DNA of 64,000 nucleotides from assembly GCA_964016885.1 (NCBI GenBank), contig OZ024741.1, positions 129,766,001-129,830,000 on the forward strand, given 5' to 3'. The notes under the pieces were generated by a model. It made no database searches and was not told the DNA's origin. It saw nothing but the letters and a program-made list of their open reading frames with translations. Source of the DNA: Eledone cirrhosa. Its lineage: Eukaryota. This document shows positions 1-11,144 of the stretch, piece after piece. Positions within the stretch are counted from its first letter, which is position 1; each line of letters opens with the position of its first letter. A program made the translations under genes and the position numbers.

Positions 1-731
1 CACACTTTTTTCTTCATAATTTTATATACATGTCCTCTGTTTCAGGTCGTCAAGCAATGAGCACAGAGCAACGAACAAACTTGAAGTTTCTGGTACGGTT
101 GGGGAAAACTCCGTCAGAAGCACTGGGATTGCTGCAGCAAGTATACGGAGATGAGACGATGTCACGCTCACGTGTTTCTGAGTGGTGCAAGATGATCCCA
201 GGAGCGGAAGGCGCTCAACAACTAGGACTGAGGTCAACGTTGAGCGCGTCAGGCAGATGGTGCGTAGCGATCGTCGGCTGACTGTTCGACTGATGGCAAA
301 TGAGCTTGGCATGAATCGGGACAGCGTCTGGAAGATTCTCACTGAAGATTTGGACATGCGGAAAGTCTGCGCGAAGATGGTGCCAAAACTGCTGAACGAT
401 GACCAGAAGGGTCGACGCATGCAAGTGTGTCAGGACATCCTCGAGCGTTTTGAAACCGAACCAGATTTGCTAGGGACAGGATCTTCCAGTACGACCCGGA
501 GGGGACCCGTTTTGAAGACATGGACGACATCAAAAAGGCCGTGACGATGGAACTGCGGAGGATCCCGGAAGAATCCTTCCAGGAGTGCATGCAAGCGTGG
601 CAGAAAAGGATGAAAAAGTGCATTAGACCCCAGGGGGATTACTTTGAAGGAGAAAACTCTTAGTGTAAAGTTTGGGTTTGAAATAAATATTTTGTGACAT
701 CAGTCCTGCAACTTCTCTGACACACCTCGTA
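1..731 (+). mobile_element. Degenerate, internally deleted mariner (Tc1/mariner) DNA transposon
   Basis: Frameshifted transposase pieces MSTEQRTNLKFLVRLGKTPSEA..., DDPRSGRRST...RRLTVR...RKVCAKMVPKLL, and the C-terminus W..R.KKCI...GDYFE. The right TIR ends ...ctgacacacctcg followed by TA. Confidence 0.9.
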
Positions 732-945
732 TGTATCAAACCCATGCAAGCGTGGAACATGGACGTTAAACGATGATGATGATGATGATGATGATAAATG
801 AAGAAAAAGGAGGAATGAAGGATAAAATGGTTTTTACAAAGTTCTTAGAAAATCAATTATAGTAAATTATTATTATCACCCCCATACATACAGGTAGACA
901 TTAATATACACCGGCATACTAACACATACTAACAGTAATACTTAC

Positions 946-1155
946 AGTTTCCATGTAATGGTCTCCTCCTCCTCCTGTTTCCTAGTCATTGTGTCTTCTT
1001 CGGTCTAGTTCGTCTCACCTTTGGCTTCTCTTCTGTGTAAACGTCCAGTAATGCATCTGAGGAATGGTTATTTGCTGTCAGAACAGAGAGCGCACTTCGG
1101 TTACCATTGACAGCCATCATTTGTGAGCTTGGCCAGCATTTTACAATCGAAGAAT
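946..1155 (-). CDS. TGF-beta ligand coding exon 6 (end of prodomain, furin-type sites, in-frame TGA at 988-986)
   Basis: Acceptor ttttttcgaaccttctccag, donor GTAAGT at 945-940, 210 nt, phase 1/1. Encodes (N)SSIVKCWPSSQMMAVNGNRSALSVLTANNHSSDALLDVYTEEKPKVRRTRPKKTQ*LGNRRRRRPLHGN+t. Confidence 0.85.
982..988 (-). promoter_or_regulatory. Candidate stop-codon readthrough signal UGA-CUAG
   Basis: The minus strand reads CAA TGA CTA GGA AAC AGG in frame with the spliced CDS. UGA-CUAG is the established leaky-termination context in animals. Confidence 0.55.
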
Positions 1156-1763
1156 CTGGAGAAGGTTCGAAAAAAAATATATATATAAATATAATATGAA
1201 AGAATGCTTGCTAATATAGGCAGGATTTAAACACAAAATGTAAATAATCATATCAAATACTACAAAGAATTTGTCACACGTATTAACAATTCTCTCAATC
1301 CACTGCCTTTAGTATTATTTCTTTTTAACATTGGTACACGACCAGCAAGTTTGGGGAAGGAAAGTTAAATCGACTCCAGTACTTGAATAGTACCTTGTTT
1401 TATCAACTCAGGAAGAATGAAAAGCAAAGTTGAACCCTGCGGGATTTTATGTCAGAGCTTAAAAAGCCAGAACAATTATTGTAATGACATTTTTCCAATG
1501 ATCTAATGATTCTGCTAATCCATCACTCTAAGATTATGGTTTCTAATTTTAGCACAGGGCCAAGTTGTGCGAAAGGGAAAGTTGATTATACACACTCATA
1601 ATTTGACGGGATTTTTAGTTTGTCAACTCCAGAAGAATGAAAGGCAAAGGTGACCTCACGGAGATTCTTTTCAACGGCCTAATGATTCTTCCAATTCCCA
1701 ACACTACCGTTATCATCATAATCATAATTCTTAATAAGAATGTATACACACACACACTCTCTT

Positions 1764-1938
<175 letters not shown>

Positions 1939-2123
1939 GCATTCTTCATCCTAATCATAATTATTTCTAAGAATGTACACACACGCTCACACACATACAC
2001 ACGCCCATACACAGACATATATGCATTCTTCGGCGATGGAAATCAGCGAAGAACACAAACAACGCCGAGAAAACTGATTGTTTTTTCGCAAATTTCTTTG
2101 TGGCATTTGTTCTACACTGGCTT

Positions 2124-2338
2124 ACATACAATGACTTTACACCGGTTTACATACAATCACTTTACACCGGGTCACATACAATGACTTTACACCGGGTCAC
2201 ATACAATGACTTTACACCGGATCACATACAATCACTTCACATCGGGTCACATACATTCAGTTTACACCGGGTCACATACATTCACTTTACACCTGTTCAC
2301 ATACAATGACTTTACACCGGGTCGCATACAATCACTTT
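2124..2338. repeat. 25-bp minisatellite, about 8.5 copies
   Basis: Unit acatacaatgactttacaccgggtc. Confidence 0.9.
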
Positions 2339-2389
2339 TGCCGTCAGAAATGCTGTGAAACAGTGATTGTTCCTTTGGTTACCCGTAAA

Positions 2390-2740
2390 CGCGGCACGCC
2401 GGAATGGTTAAGAAGTTCACTTTGCAACCATTAGCTCCTGGGTTCGATTCCACTGCGTGGTATCTTGTGTGTGTGCCATTTACCGTAGCTTCAGGTTGAC
2501 TCAAGCCTTGTGAGTGGAATTCGATAGATAGAAAGTGTTTGGAAGCACGTCGTCGGATGGACTTTACTTGTAATTTAAAGGGTCAGCCTTGTCACACAGT
2601 GTCACGCTGAAACTCTGAGAACTGCGTTTGGGGTCACGTCTTTGTGGAATGCTCAGCCACTTGCACATTAAATTCTCTAGCAGGCCGTTCCATTGATCTA
2701 ATAACTGGAACACTCATTGTCAGAACCGACTGAGATCTAT
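2390..2740 (+). mobile_element. tRNA-derived SINE (degenerate)
   Basis: A-box/B-box-like head (gaatggttaag...gggttcgattcc). A related copy lies at about 31855-32150. Confidence 0.6.
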
Positions 2741-3138
2741 CCCTTTTGTTACCGTTAACCAAATGCGATATCAAATATTTCAATAAGGATTTCTAATTTA
2801 GATACAATGCCAGCAAATTTTGTGCAATAGCGATGTTGCCCCCAGCGGAATTTGAACTTATAACGTAAAGGCCTGAAATACACAATGCTTTCTGATCTAG
2901 TCACAAAGTCAACATGTTTTCTTGGAGCGGGGTGATCGATTACATCGATCTCAGTGCGTTACTGGTGCTTTATTTTACCAACCTGTAAGAATGAAAGGCA
3001 AAGCTAACCTCGGTAGGATTTCAACTCAGAGCGTAAAGGGCTGTAACTATATGCCGCAAAACATGTTGTCCTACGCTTTACCGATACTGCCAATCCATCA
3101 CCATCTTTAATATTTTAATAATAAGAGGGGATACTCAC

Positions 3139-3333
3139 TCTGTTGTGAACAATCTGTGTGAGAAATAATATCTCTGGCATTTAATAAGTTCTCCGTGCGG
3201 TTTTTGATAATAATCTGTAAGCCAAAATTCTTTCTTTGTTCCAACCAATCCCTGACTGTTCCTTGCATGTCAAATTCTTGCCATCTGTCGGCTTGGTGCT
3301 GCACAATACGTACCGCTGCCAAACGTCGTCGGG
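3139..3333 (-). CDS. TGF-beta ligand coding exon 5 (prodomain arm)
   Basis: Acceptor cacttgttcttcag, donor GTGAGT, 195 nt, phase 1/1. Encodes (P)RRRLAAVRIVQHQADRWQEFDMQGTVRDWLEQRKNFGLQIIIKNRTENLLNARDIISHTDCSQQ, with the typical W..FD....V..W....N.GL.I motif. Confidence 0.92.
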
Positions 3334-3691
3334 CTGAAGAACAAGTGATGTTTAAATAGAATTATTATACAACCCTTTGAAAGATGAGATGGAAATATGC
3401 TACTTCAACATAGGTCTAGCCATGATGGATGCAATAAACTAACAAAATAAACACAGTTTAAAAAGAACAAAATCACAAGCCATCAAAACCACCCTGAATC
3501 AGATCAGACATTTCCTACTTAACTCGTACCCCCTCTTCTCATCACCCGATTTCATGTCCACACCTCTACAGTCCAGGTCTCTGAAATTCTGTCCTGGCAC
3601 ACTGTTTTTCAGCAGTCATCTATTTACAGCTTGTGATTTATTCAATAAATTTTATTGATGTGTCTATTTGCAGTTAAGTGAAGCGTATCTA

Positions 3692-3769
3692 CAGGGTGTC
3701 TCCAAAAAATGTATACACACTTCAACAGAATTCTAATAAAAGTGTGTATACATATTTTGGGACACTCTG
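3692..3769. mobile_element. Tiny Tc1/mariner-type MITE
   Basis: About 30-bp terminal inverted repeats cagggtgtctccaaaaaatgtatacacactt / aagtgtgtatacatattttgggacactctg, preceded by TA. Confidence 0.7.
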
Positions 3770-4850
3770 TTTTACAAGCAGGTAGATTGTACCCTGTGAA
3801 CATGTATGACCATGTATGGTTTAGGCCCTAAACCACTAAAAGTTAGGGTGTTTAATTTCCGATCATACTGTAGTGAGTTCGATTCCTTAACCGAGCGGTG
3901 GGTTGCATTAACGAGCAAAAGAGTTCATTTGATGTTACTTCAGTCAGTTCAGGTAAACATGAGTACAAACAGTAGCTGGGGATTGTGTGTATTGACTCGT
4001 AACTCCTGAGTGAGTCGTAGGTGTACCGTTGACTCCAGGACATTTTAAAACCTGGTGGAGCTCATCTCCTCTCCAAGTCTAAACACAGCATATTTTTTTT
4101 CCAGAGAAAGATATAGAGTGAGAGAACGGAAGGGAGAAAGAGATATAGAGAAAGAATCTACCCAGTACTTGACTGGTATTCTTTTTATCGACCCCGAATG
4201 GATGAAACGCAAAGTTGACCTCGGCCGGATTTGAACTCAAAGAGCAGAGAGCTGGAATGAATGCCACAAAGCATTTTATCCAACGTTCTAACGTCTCTGT
4301 CAATTCGTCACTTTTTCAGCTAGTGACTAATCACGCGATCGACTGGTGTTTTGAACTCCCAGTCGACTAACACCCAACAATACCATGATAAACTCCGGCC
4401 TAATGAGATTCCGGACATGGAAAATATTTTAACTTTTTATTTTATTTAGATTCTACCTCACTATTTGGTAGTTTCATATATGGAATGGACGTTACAGTGG
4501 TATATACTTAAATCCAATAAGTGTGTACCTCACAGAAGTAACTACATAAACCGAAGAGAAATGTACCTCACTGCGGTACCAATTGACAGTTTGTTCGACA
4601 GTACCTTACTGTGGTACCTACTTATAGCTATGTGGACTCAACGTCACTGTGGCATTTACAGTTAGGTAGACAGTATATATATACCACCACAATGAGCTGT
4701 ATATATATATATATATACATACAGAGAGAGAGATTGAGAGATAGATAGATAGATAGAGAGTGAGAGAGTGAGAGAGAAGGAGAGATGTTGAGAGGAGTTT
4801 CAGTTGGATTAGTGTCAGTCAGTACTAGATGTGGGAGAAATCATACTCAC

Positions 4851-4931
4851 GCTTACGTTGGGTTTTCTTTAAGGGCTTCGTTAGGATGTAGACGTTGACA
4901 ACGAGAGCATTGTCATTGCAAGGGCACTCAA
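4851..4931 (-). CDS. TGF-beta ligand coding exon 4 (81 nt, absent from the ORF track)
   Basis: Acceptor tctttctattccttctcgtacag, donor GTGAGT, phase 1/1. Encodes (V)ECPCNDNALVVNVYILTKPLKKTQRK, which fills the gap expected from the myostatin segment VFVQILRLIKP. Confidence 0.82.
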
Positions 4932-5004
4932 CTGTACGAGAAGGAATAGAAAGACATACATATATTATAGACATATATTATATAAACAGATACGGTCGCA
5001 CATG

Positions 5005-5038
<34 letters not shown>

Positions 5039-5079
5039 CATATGTATATATATATATATATATATATGTATACATATAT

Positions 5080-5470
5080 ATGGTTCCCACCCACTTTTTA
5101 CCTTAACGTAAAGATTAATGTAGGTAAAAAGTTTTAGATCTAATAGATAGACATTTCCCAGTATAAATTAGATACAGTAAAATCTTCAATCGCAATCCCA
5201 TCAAGATATCCTATTCCTGTGGCCCGTCTATGAGATCAAACATTACCGTAAAAAATAAATCTGACGTAAATCCAAGTCACTCATATAGGATTAAAGGGAA
5301 CTGTCCTCTCTAACAGAAATGTAATATCAAATATATTGTGTACGAGGCAGAGATTACACATAACACCACAGAATATTCTGAAGTTAGCAAAAGATATGTG
5401 GGTATGGGCCAAGATCGTTTTAAACAACCAATCCGGGAACTTAACCATTCGGCCATGTTAGATCCTATAT
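5080..5470 (+). mobile_element. Penelope-like element fragment (RT thumb/linker to GIY-YIG, Naiad-like)
   Basis: Broken frames WFPPTFYLNVKINVGKKF..., KIFNRNPIKISYSC, IVYEAEIT...KRYVGM. Confidence 0.7.
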
Positions 5471-5876
5471 TTAGTCTAGTATATATGTATGAATCCATAA
5501 CTCTTGCTAGATTCGTAGCGACGCCGTCATAACATATGGCGTGTTTTGGGAATTTAAAACCTGGTGGAGTTCATCCAATACTCAGGTGTAAATACAGTCA
5601 ATTACTTCCAAAGAGAGTGAGAATGAAAGAGTAGAAGTGAGGGAGAGATATAGAGAAAGAATCGACTCCAGTATTGGACTGGTACATTATTCTATCGACC
5701 TTTGAAAGGATCAAAGACGAAGTTTACCTCGATGGGATTTGAACTCAGAGAGCAGAGAGTGCAGGAAAGCTTTCTACTTGTTGTGCTAACGACTCTACCA
5801 ATTCATTGCCTTGTTTAGTTCAGTGCATGTATGGAAATATGAATGTTATGTAACTCAATAAGAAACATTCCTTTAC

Positions 5877-6026
5877 CTTGTGGCATTTGAAGATGCAGCC
5901 AAAGGGTAGCGTTTTTCACGGTGACCACCTTGTTTCGAGGCACTGTGACATTGAAATGTAAATTTAATATTTTTGATGTTGTATTGTTCCACAGGTCTTC
6001 ATCCGTAGATCGGGTTGGTAGGTTAC
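5877..6026 (-). CDS. TGF-beta ligand coding exon 3 (prodomain arm)
   Basis: Acceptor ...ttttatcaattcag, donor GTAAAG, 150 nt, phase 1/1. Encodes (C)NLPTRSTDEDLWNNTTSKILNLHFNVTVPRNKVVTVKNATLWLHLQMPQ, with the prodomain F..V..A.LW.. motif. Confidence 0.88.
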
Positions 6027-6219
6027 CTGAATTGATAAAAGAGAATATGATTAACAAAGAACCAATACAAAACAAAACAAAACAAAAAAAGAACAAACGT
6101 TTTGAACATTAGGATATGATATATTGTATAAATCTTTACATATGTAAACATGAACATAAATGAGTATGCATACATATGTCAATATAAAATATATATTTAT
6201 ATTATTCTAAAAGTCTATC

Positions 6220-6440
6220 ACGTGCCCGGGAGGCTCATCAGGTCGGTGCTTATCCCGGTTTTGGTGACGTGAAGCAACTGAGAGTACAAGACACTCCTTT
6301 GAACAGGACACCAGACCATCGCAGAGTTAAACTCCCAGTTATTGCAGGTACTCATTTTCAGCTTGGTATACTGGAGCAACGTGAAATGAAGTGTTTTGCT
6401 CAAGAACACAACACCCAACCCAGGAATCGGGCCCACGTGT
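6220..6440 (-). mobile_element. tRNA-derived SINE, same family as 40325-40590
   Basis: Reverse complement of the tgtgttcttgagcaaaacac..tttcacgttgctccagtata..agctgaaaatga core. Confidence 0.75.
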
Positions 6441-6446
6441 ATATAA

Positions 6447-6514
<68 letters not shown>

Positions 6515-6522
<8 letters not shown>

Positions 6523-7333
6523 TTATCTATTATTTCTTCACAGATCCCTTTTAATCTTATAGCCTGGTTTAATTGCTTTTTTGTGCGGTTGATTATGCTA
6601 ATTGGGAGAGGAAATTGAGTATATATCTTATCAAATGATTCTAAGGACATAATTTATAGTATATTGCTCTGATTATTTAATTTATTAATCCATCATTGAG
6701 CCACATCGTGAATGGTTGCCAAAAACATATCTATAACTTTAACTAGTTCGTGTATATGTAAATCTTTATATTTGATAATCTCCCATAAGGTTGAGATGCA
6801 ATTTGGGCAATATTAGGCTGCGCTTTCTAGCAACCAGCCTACTAGCCGTAAGACACCAATCACATTCTTTCTGACTTGACCACTGCCACGTCACAGTTCT
6901 TAGCCATTTTGAATTCGTTTCTGGCGGGGATCATGTAAGAAAAATCTTTGTCCAAGTGAGTTTGTTTCTTGATGAGTTCGAAGCTCGAGAATTTATCCTT
7001 GATAGGATATTTCCGAAAGCGAATGAAACCCCAAAGGGTAGAAACGTAATCCTGGTATGTGTATATGCATTTTTTCTTCTAACTTTAATTTTATACCTAA
7101 TTGTGTATGGTTGACGATATATTTAATCGATTTCCACGTGCTATTGAAATGATGGGTAAATGTTCTATGGCTGTTGATCGCGAATAGATGGTTATCGTTT
7201 ATTTATCTATTATTTCTTCACAGGTGCCTTTTAATCTTATAGCCTGGTTTAATTGGTTTTTTGTGTCGTTGATTATGCTAATTGGGAGAGGAAATTGAGT
7301 ATATATCTTATCAAATGATTCTAAGGACATAAT

Positions 7334-7340
<7 letters not shown>
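6515..7340. mobile_element. (TA)n-flanked non-coding repeat family with partially duplicated termini
   Basis: 6520-6660 is repeated directly at 7200-7340. Reverse-complement copies lie at 16465-17180 and 47110-47391. Confidence 0.7.
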
Positions 7341-7411
<71 letters not shown>

Positions 7412-7424
7412 TTTTGCGAGGTTT

Positions 7425-7610
7425 AAAACTCAGCAATGTCCAGTAGTGCTAAGTTTAATATTCTGATCTCAGACTTGGTACGAGTGATGAAGAACGTGTC
7501 CCGCATGTGCGACCCAACAGAAATGGAAAGACACATCCAACACTTCATCAACCGCATGCAGTTCTCTGGCTACAACCAAAGAGACAGAATCAGAGTATAC
7601 GAAGGAATCT
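7425..7610 (+). mobile_element. Retroelement (Penelope-like RT thumb) fragment
   Basis: SSAKFNILISDLVRVMKNVSR...FINRMQFSGYNQRDR, lying between (TA)n tracts. Confidence 0.55.
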
Positions 7611-7755
7611 CCCTCCCTCCCCTCCTCTCTCTCTGTATATATATATATATATATATATATTAAAATAACAGATTAAAGTTTAAGCAAAGAATCGCTGCTT
7701 TCACCCTTAACGGGATCTTCTGAAACTAACAAAGTCAATCTGTAAACGCAGAACT

Positions 7756-7843
<88 letters not shown>

Positions 7844-8043
7844 TGACTTTGTCATGACGACCTGTCCAACCATTGCTTGCAGGGAAAGCAGACATTAAAT
7901 AATGAAAACGATGGTGATGATGATGATAATGATGATAATGATGATGGTGATGCTGAAGATGAAGATGGTGGTGACGACGATGATGATGATGATGATGATG
8001 ATAGTGGTAGCGATGATATATGTATACACATTGCTATACTTAC

Positions 8044-8180
8044 ATGTTGGTCGGTAACACCTTTTCATTAGAGAGAAACTGTAATTATTGAACCTGGGAA
8101 TTGTAATATTCGGAGCTTGAGTAAATCCCAGACTGTTCAATATACGTTGTTTGATCAATTCCAACTTCGTCTTCTGGATC
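8044..8180 (-). CDS. TGF-beta ligand coding exon 2 (prodomain alpha1 helix / latency lasso)
   Basis: Acceptor ...tcttcctcgatag, donor GTAAGT. Encodes (L)IQKTKLELIKQRILNSLGFTQAPNITIPRFNNYSFSLMKRCYRPT, resembling the myostatin/GDF11 motif [22 protein letters not shown]. Phase 2 in, phase 1 out, matching the neighbouring exons. Confidence 0.88.
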
Positions 8181-8436
8181 CTATCGAGGAAGATAGAGAC
8201 AATAGCAGATAATATATGTATGCGTGTATATATATGTATATAATAAGGAACAACAATGAAGTTTGGTTTAAATGCATTTATGTTTTTATTGTGTATCGAC
8301 TTGTAACCCGTGTTTCGTAGATGATTGGCTCATTGTTACACATGGAAGTTATGGACCTGACTCCACCATCTATCTACTCATCAGACTATATATATATATA
8401 TATATTAGCTTAAAGCTTTCTCTGTTATTGTATTAA

Positions 8437-8472
<36 letters not shown>

Positions 8473-8660
8473 TATATATATGGTGATTACTTCATCTTTG
8501 TAGATGAATGCCGTCTCCCTATGCACCCCCCATCAACCGTCATCAACTCCAACGTCAGTTCATAGCCTCTTAGCAGGCTCTTAAGTCCAGCTTTAGATTT
8601 GCACGGTCTGCAGCAGATGAGACAGACAAATATACATACATACATACATACATACATACA

Positions 8661-9525
8661 TGATGGCTGCCAACTCGTTTTCGAGTACGGCCACTACTTT
8701 ATATCCATGTAGGAGAACCCCTACCGATGCGCTGAACGAGTGTGACTTTTTAGTCCAGCCAGCGACTTGAAAACTTTGGTACAAACACTACACTTGTGAC
8801 AATTATTGACACATAGTGCTGGGCCCATGGTACCATGTGATGACAAGTGCAGAGAGATCTCCAGATATAAAGCAATGCCTGTGCCGTGAAGCTTTTATAG
8901 TGAGCAAAGGCACTGCACAAAGCCAGTCCCACTCTCTTAACCAAGATGATATTTACCAAAAAGAAGAACAAGTCAACATCATTGGATGCCATCAGGGTTG
9001 CAGGTGTTATATCAGAGTTTTCCTTCTCCTAGAATTCTGCCTTGACAAAGGCTAAAGTGTCATCTCTCCCGGTGATTTTGGATGGCCATTGACTCTTAAG
9101 AGCTCCTTTGCCCTTTGACAGGTTTTGTTTTTAGTTCTGCAGGATGTCCAAAGTCACCCACCTCACCAAGGAACCTTGGTGGGGTTGCCAGTTTAGTCGC
9201 CAACGACTCGACCATGAGACAGGTTGTACTGGGATACATGTTACCAGTAGCACCAACTGGTGACCATACATACATACATACATACATACATACATACATA
9301 CATGGTGGCTGCCAACTCGTTTTAGAGTACGGCCACTACTTTATATCCATGTAGGAGAACCCCTACCGATGCGCTGAACGAGTGTGACATTTTAGTCCAG
9401 CCAGCGACTTGAAAACTCTGGTACAAACACTACACTTGTGACAATTATTGACACATAGTGCTGGGCCCATGGTACCATGTGACGACAAGGATACATGTTA
9501 CCAGTAGCACCAGCTGGTGACCTGA
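8661..9525 (-). mobile_element. About 610-bp non-coding retroposon (full copy 8661-9266, internally deleted copy 9303-9525) embedded in (CATA)n
   Basis: Near-identical to 35258-35868 in the opposite orientation. Contains ctaggagaaggaaaactctg, reminiscent of RTE-clade 5' regions. Confidence 0.75.
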
Positions 9526-9611
9526 CATACATACATACATACATACATACATACATACATACATACATACATACATACATACATACATACATACATGCAT
9601 ACATACATACA

Positions 9612-10585
9612 AATAAAATATCATTAGAATAGCGACTGATCTGGAGGAGAGATATGGAATAAAGCCTGATATAAATCTCTCACTCAGAGAAATCGGAAGA
9701 TCCTATTCAATGTTCAAACAAGATGAAAAAATTGACCATTTACAGAAAAGGCTGTGCATGGATACTTGAGACGTAAAACACAGACCATAGAGGGGATAAA
9801 CCACTCAAAAAGCCTGGCATGGAGTTCTGACAAGTTTATGACATCACACCTTGAGGGATATCTCTATGCAATACAGGAACAAGAATTCCCTACCAAATAT
9901 CTGCTGCACAAAAGGGGAGGGCCAGCAGCTGCCAATAAATGTAGGCTATGTAAAACAAAGATCGAGGATGTAAGCCACATTGTTGCCAGCTGCGAAAGAA
10001 TGTCATCTCGCTACTACCTCCCCATGAGACACGATGGGATAGCTAGAACCACCTGGAACGCACTTCGGAAAACAAAATTAACAACAAACGTGGAAGAATA
10101 TATTGAGACAGATGGCACTAAGGAATACTGGTGGAACCTGAAAATAAAAACTGCCAAAAAATTAAAGCACAACCGGCCTGATATTGTTGTTTGGGACCAC
10201 ACATTGAAAACGTGTTCTGTTGTGGAGATCAGCTGCCCACTTGTGTAAACGTTGTCAGAAAAATACAGGAGAAGGAGGACATCTACGGATCATTGATGAG
10301 GAGTTTACAAATCCAGTATCCAAGATACACCTTTAGCTTCATACCCATCATTATTGGAGCTACGGGTTATATACCAACCCGCATAGACCAAAGTATGACT
10401 GAACTTGGATTTGCGGACAAAGAGCGCAGCTCCCTAATTCATAGTCTACAAATGGCACCTTCAACATTTGCAAAACATTCTTGCGATTCAAGGGATGGAT
10501 GACAATTTCTTTTCTTTTACAACCTTGCCACCAGGAAGGTGGCCGGTCAAAAATATATACTCGAAATTAAGAGAAAGAGATAACA
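9612..10585 (+). mobile_element. 5'-truncated R4/Dong-like non-LTR retrotransposon (CCHC finger and restriction-like endonuclease)
   Basis: AIQEQ...CRLC....EDVSHIVASC...RHD...WWN...HNRPDIVVWD...VEISCP, continuing after a frameshift with EKEDIY...PIIIGATG. Flanked by (TACA)n. Confidence 0.9.
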
Positions 10586-10634
10586 TACATACATATATAT
10601 ATACATACATATATATATACATATATATATATAT

Positions 10635-10854
10635 AATGGTTTCTTATATAGGCACAAGGCCAACAATTTTGGAGGAGGGGAAAGTCGATTAAATCGACCC
10701 CAGTGCGTGACTGGTACTTTATTTTATCGACCCCGTAAGGATGAAAGGCAAAGTTAACCTCGGCGGGATTTGAACTCAGATCATAAATAGCCGTAACTCT
10801 ATGCTGCAAAGCATGGTGCCCGCCCCTCTACCAATACTGCCAATCCACCGCCCT
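10635..10854 (-). mobile_element. Abundant tRNA-derived SINE family (representative copy)
   Basis: Minus strand gggcggtggattggcagtattggtagag...tgagttcaaatcccgccgaggttaactttgcctttcatcc... Other copies at about 1330-1700, 2790-3105, 4160-4310, 5660-5810, 12165-12362, 20345-20525, 26335-26860, 28650-28860, 36680-36935, 39250-39340, 46790-47095(+) and 51080-51270(+). Confidence 0.85.
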
Positions 10855-11064
10855 TATATATATATATAATAGTAATAATAAATTTGAAGACTAAAATCCA
10901 AAGAGGGCTTGATAAGGATAAATATATATCAGATATATAAGAACCGTAGAGCAAATATTTATTAAAATAACAGATTAAAGTTTAAGCAAAGAATCGCTGC
11001 TGTCACTCTTAACCGTTAAGGGTGAAAGCAGCGATTCTTTGCTTAAACTTTAATCTGTTATTTT

Positions 11065-11144
<80 letters not shown>

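Noticed and set aside
732-945. Mature TGF-beta domain exon inside the window
   Set aside because: No Cys-rich reading frame is visible on the minus strand between 945 and 1. The region is intron, SINE tail and mariner sequence.
946-1010. Frameshift instead of readthrough as the way past the stop
   Set aside because: One alternative frame stops (RRRHND*) and the other gives EEDTMTRKQEEEETITWK with no furin site. The original frame gives RRRRR and keeps phase 1.
2124-2338. Regular 25-bp repeats as a possible CRISPR array or iterons
   Set aside because: Head-to-tail tandem units with no unique spacers.
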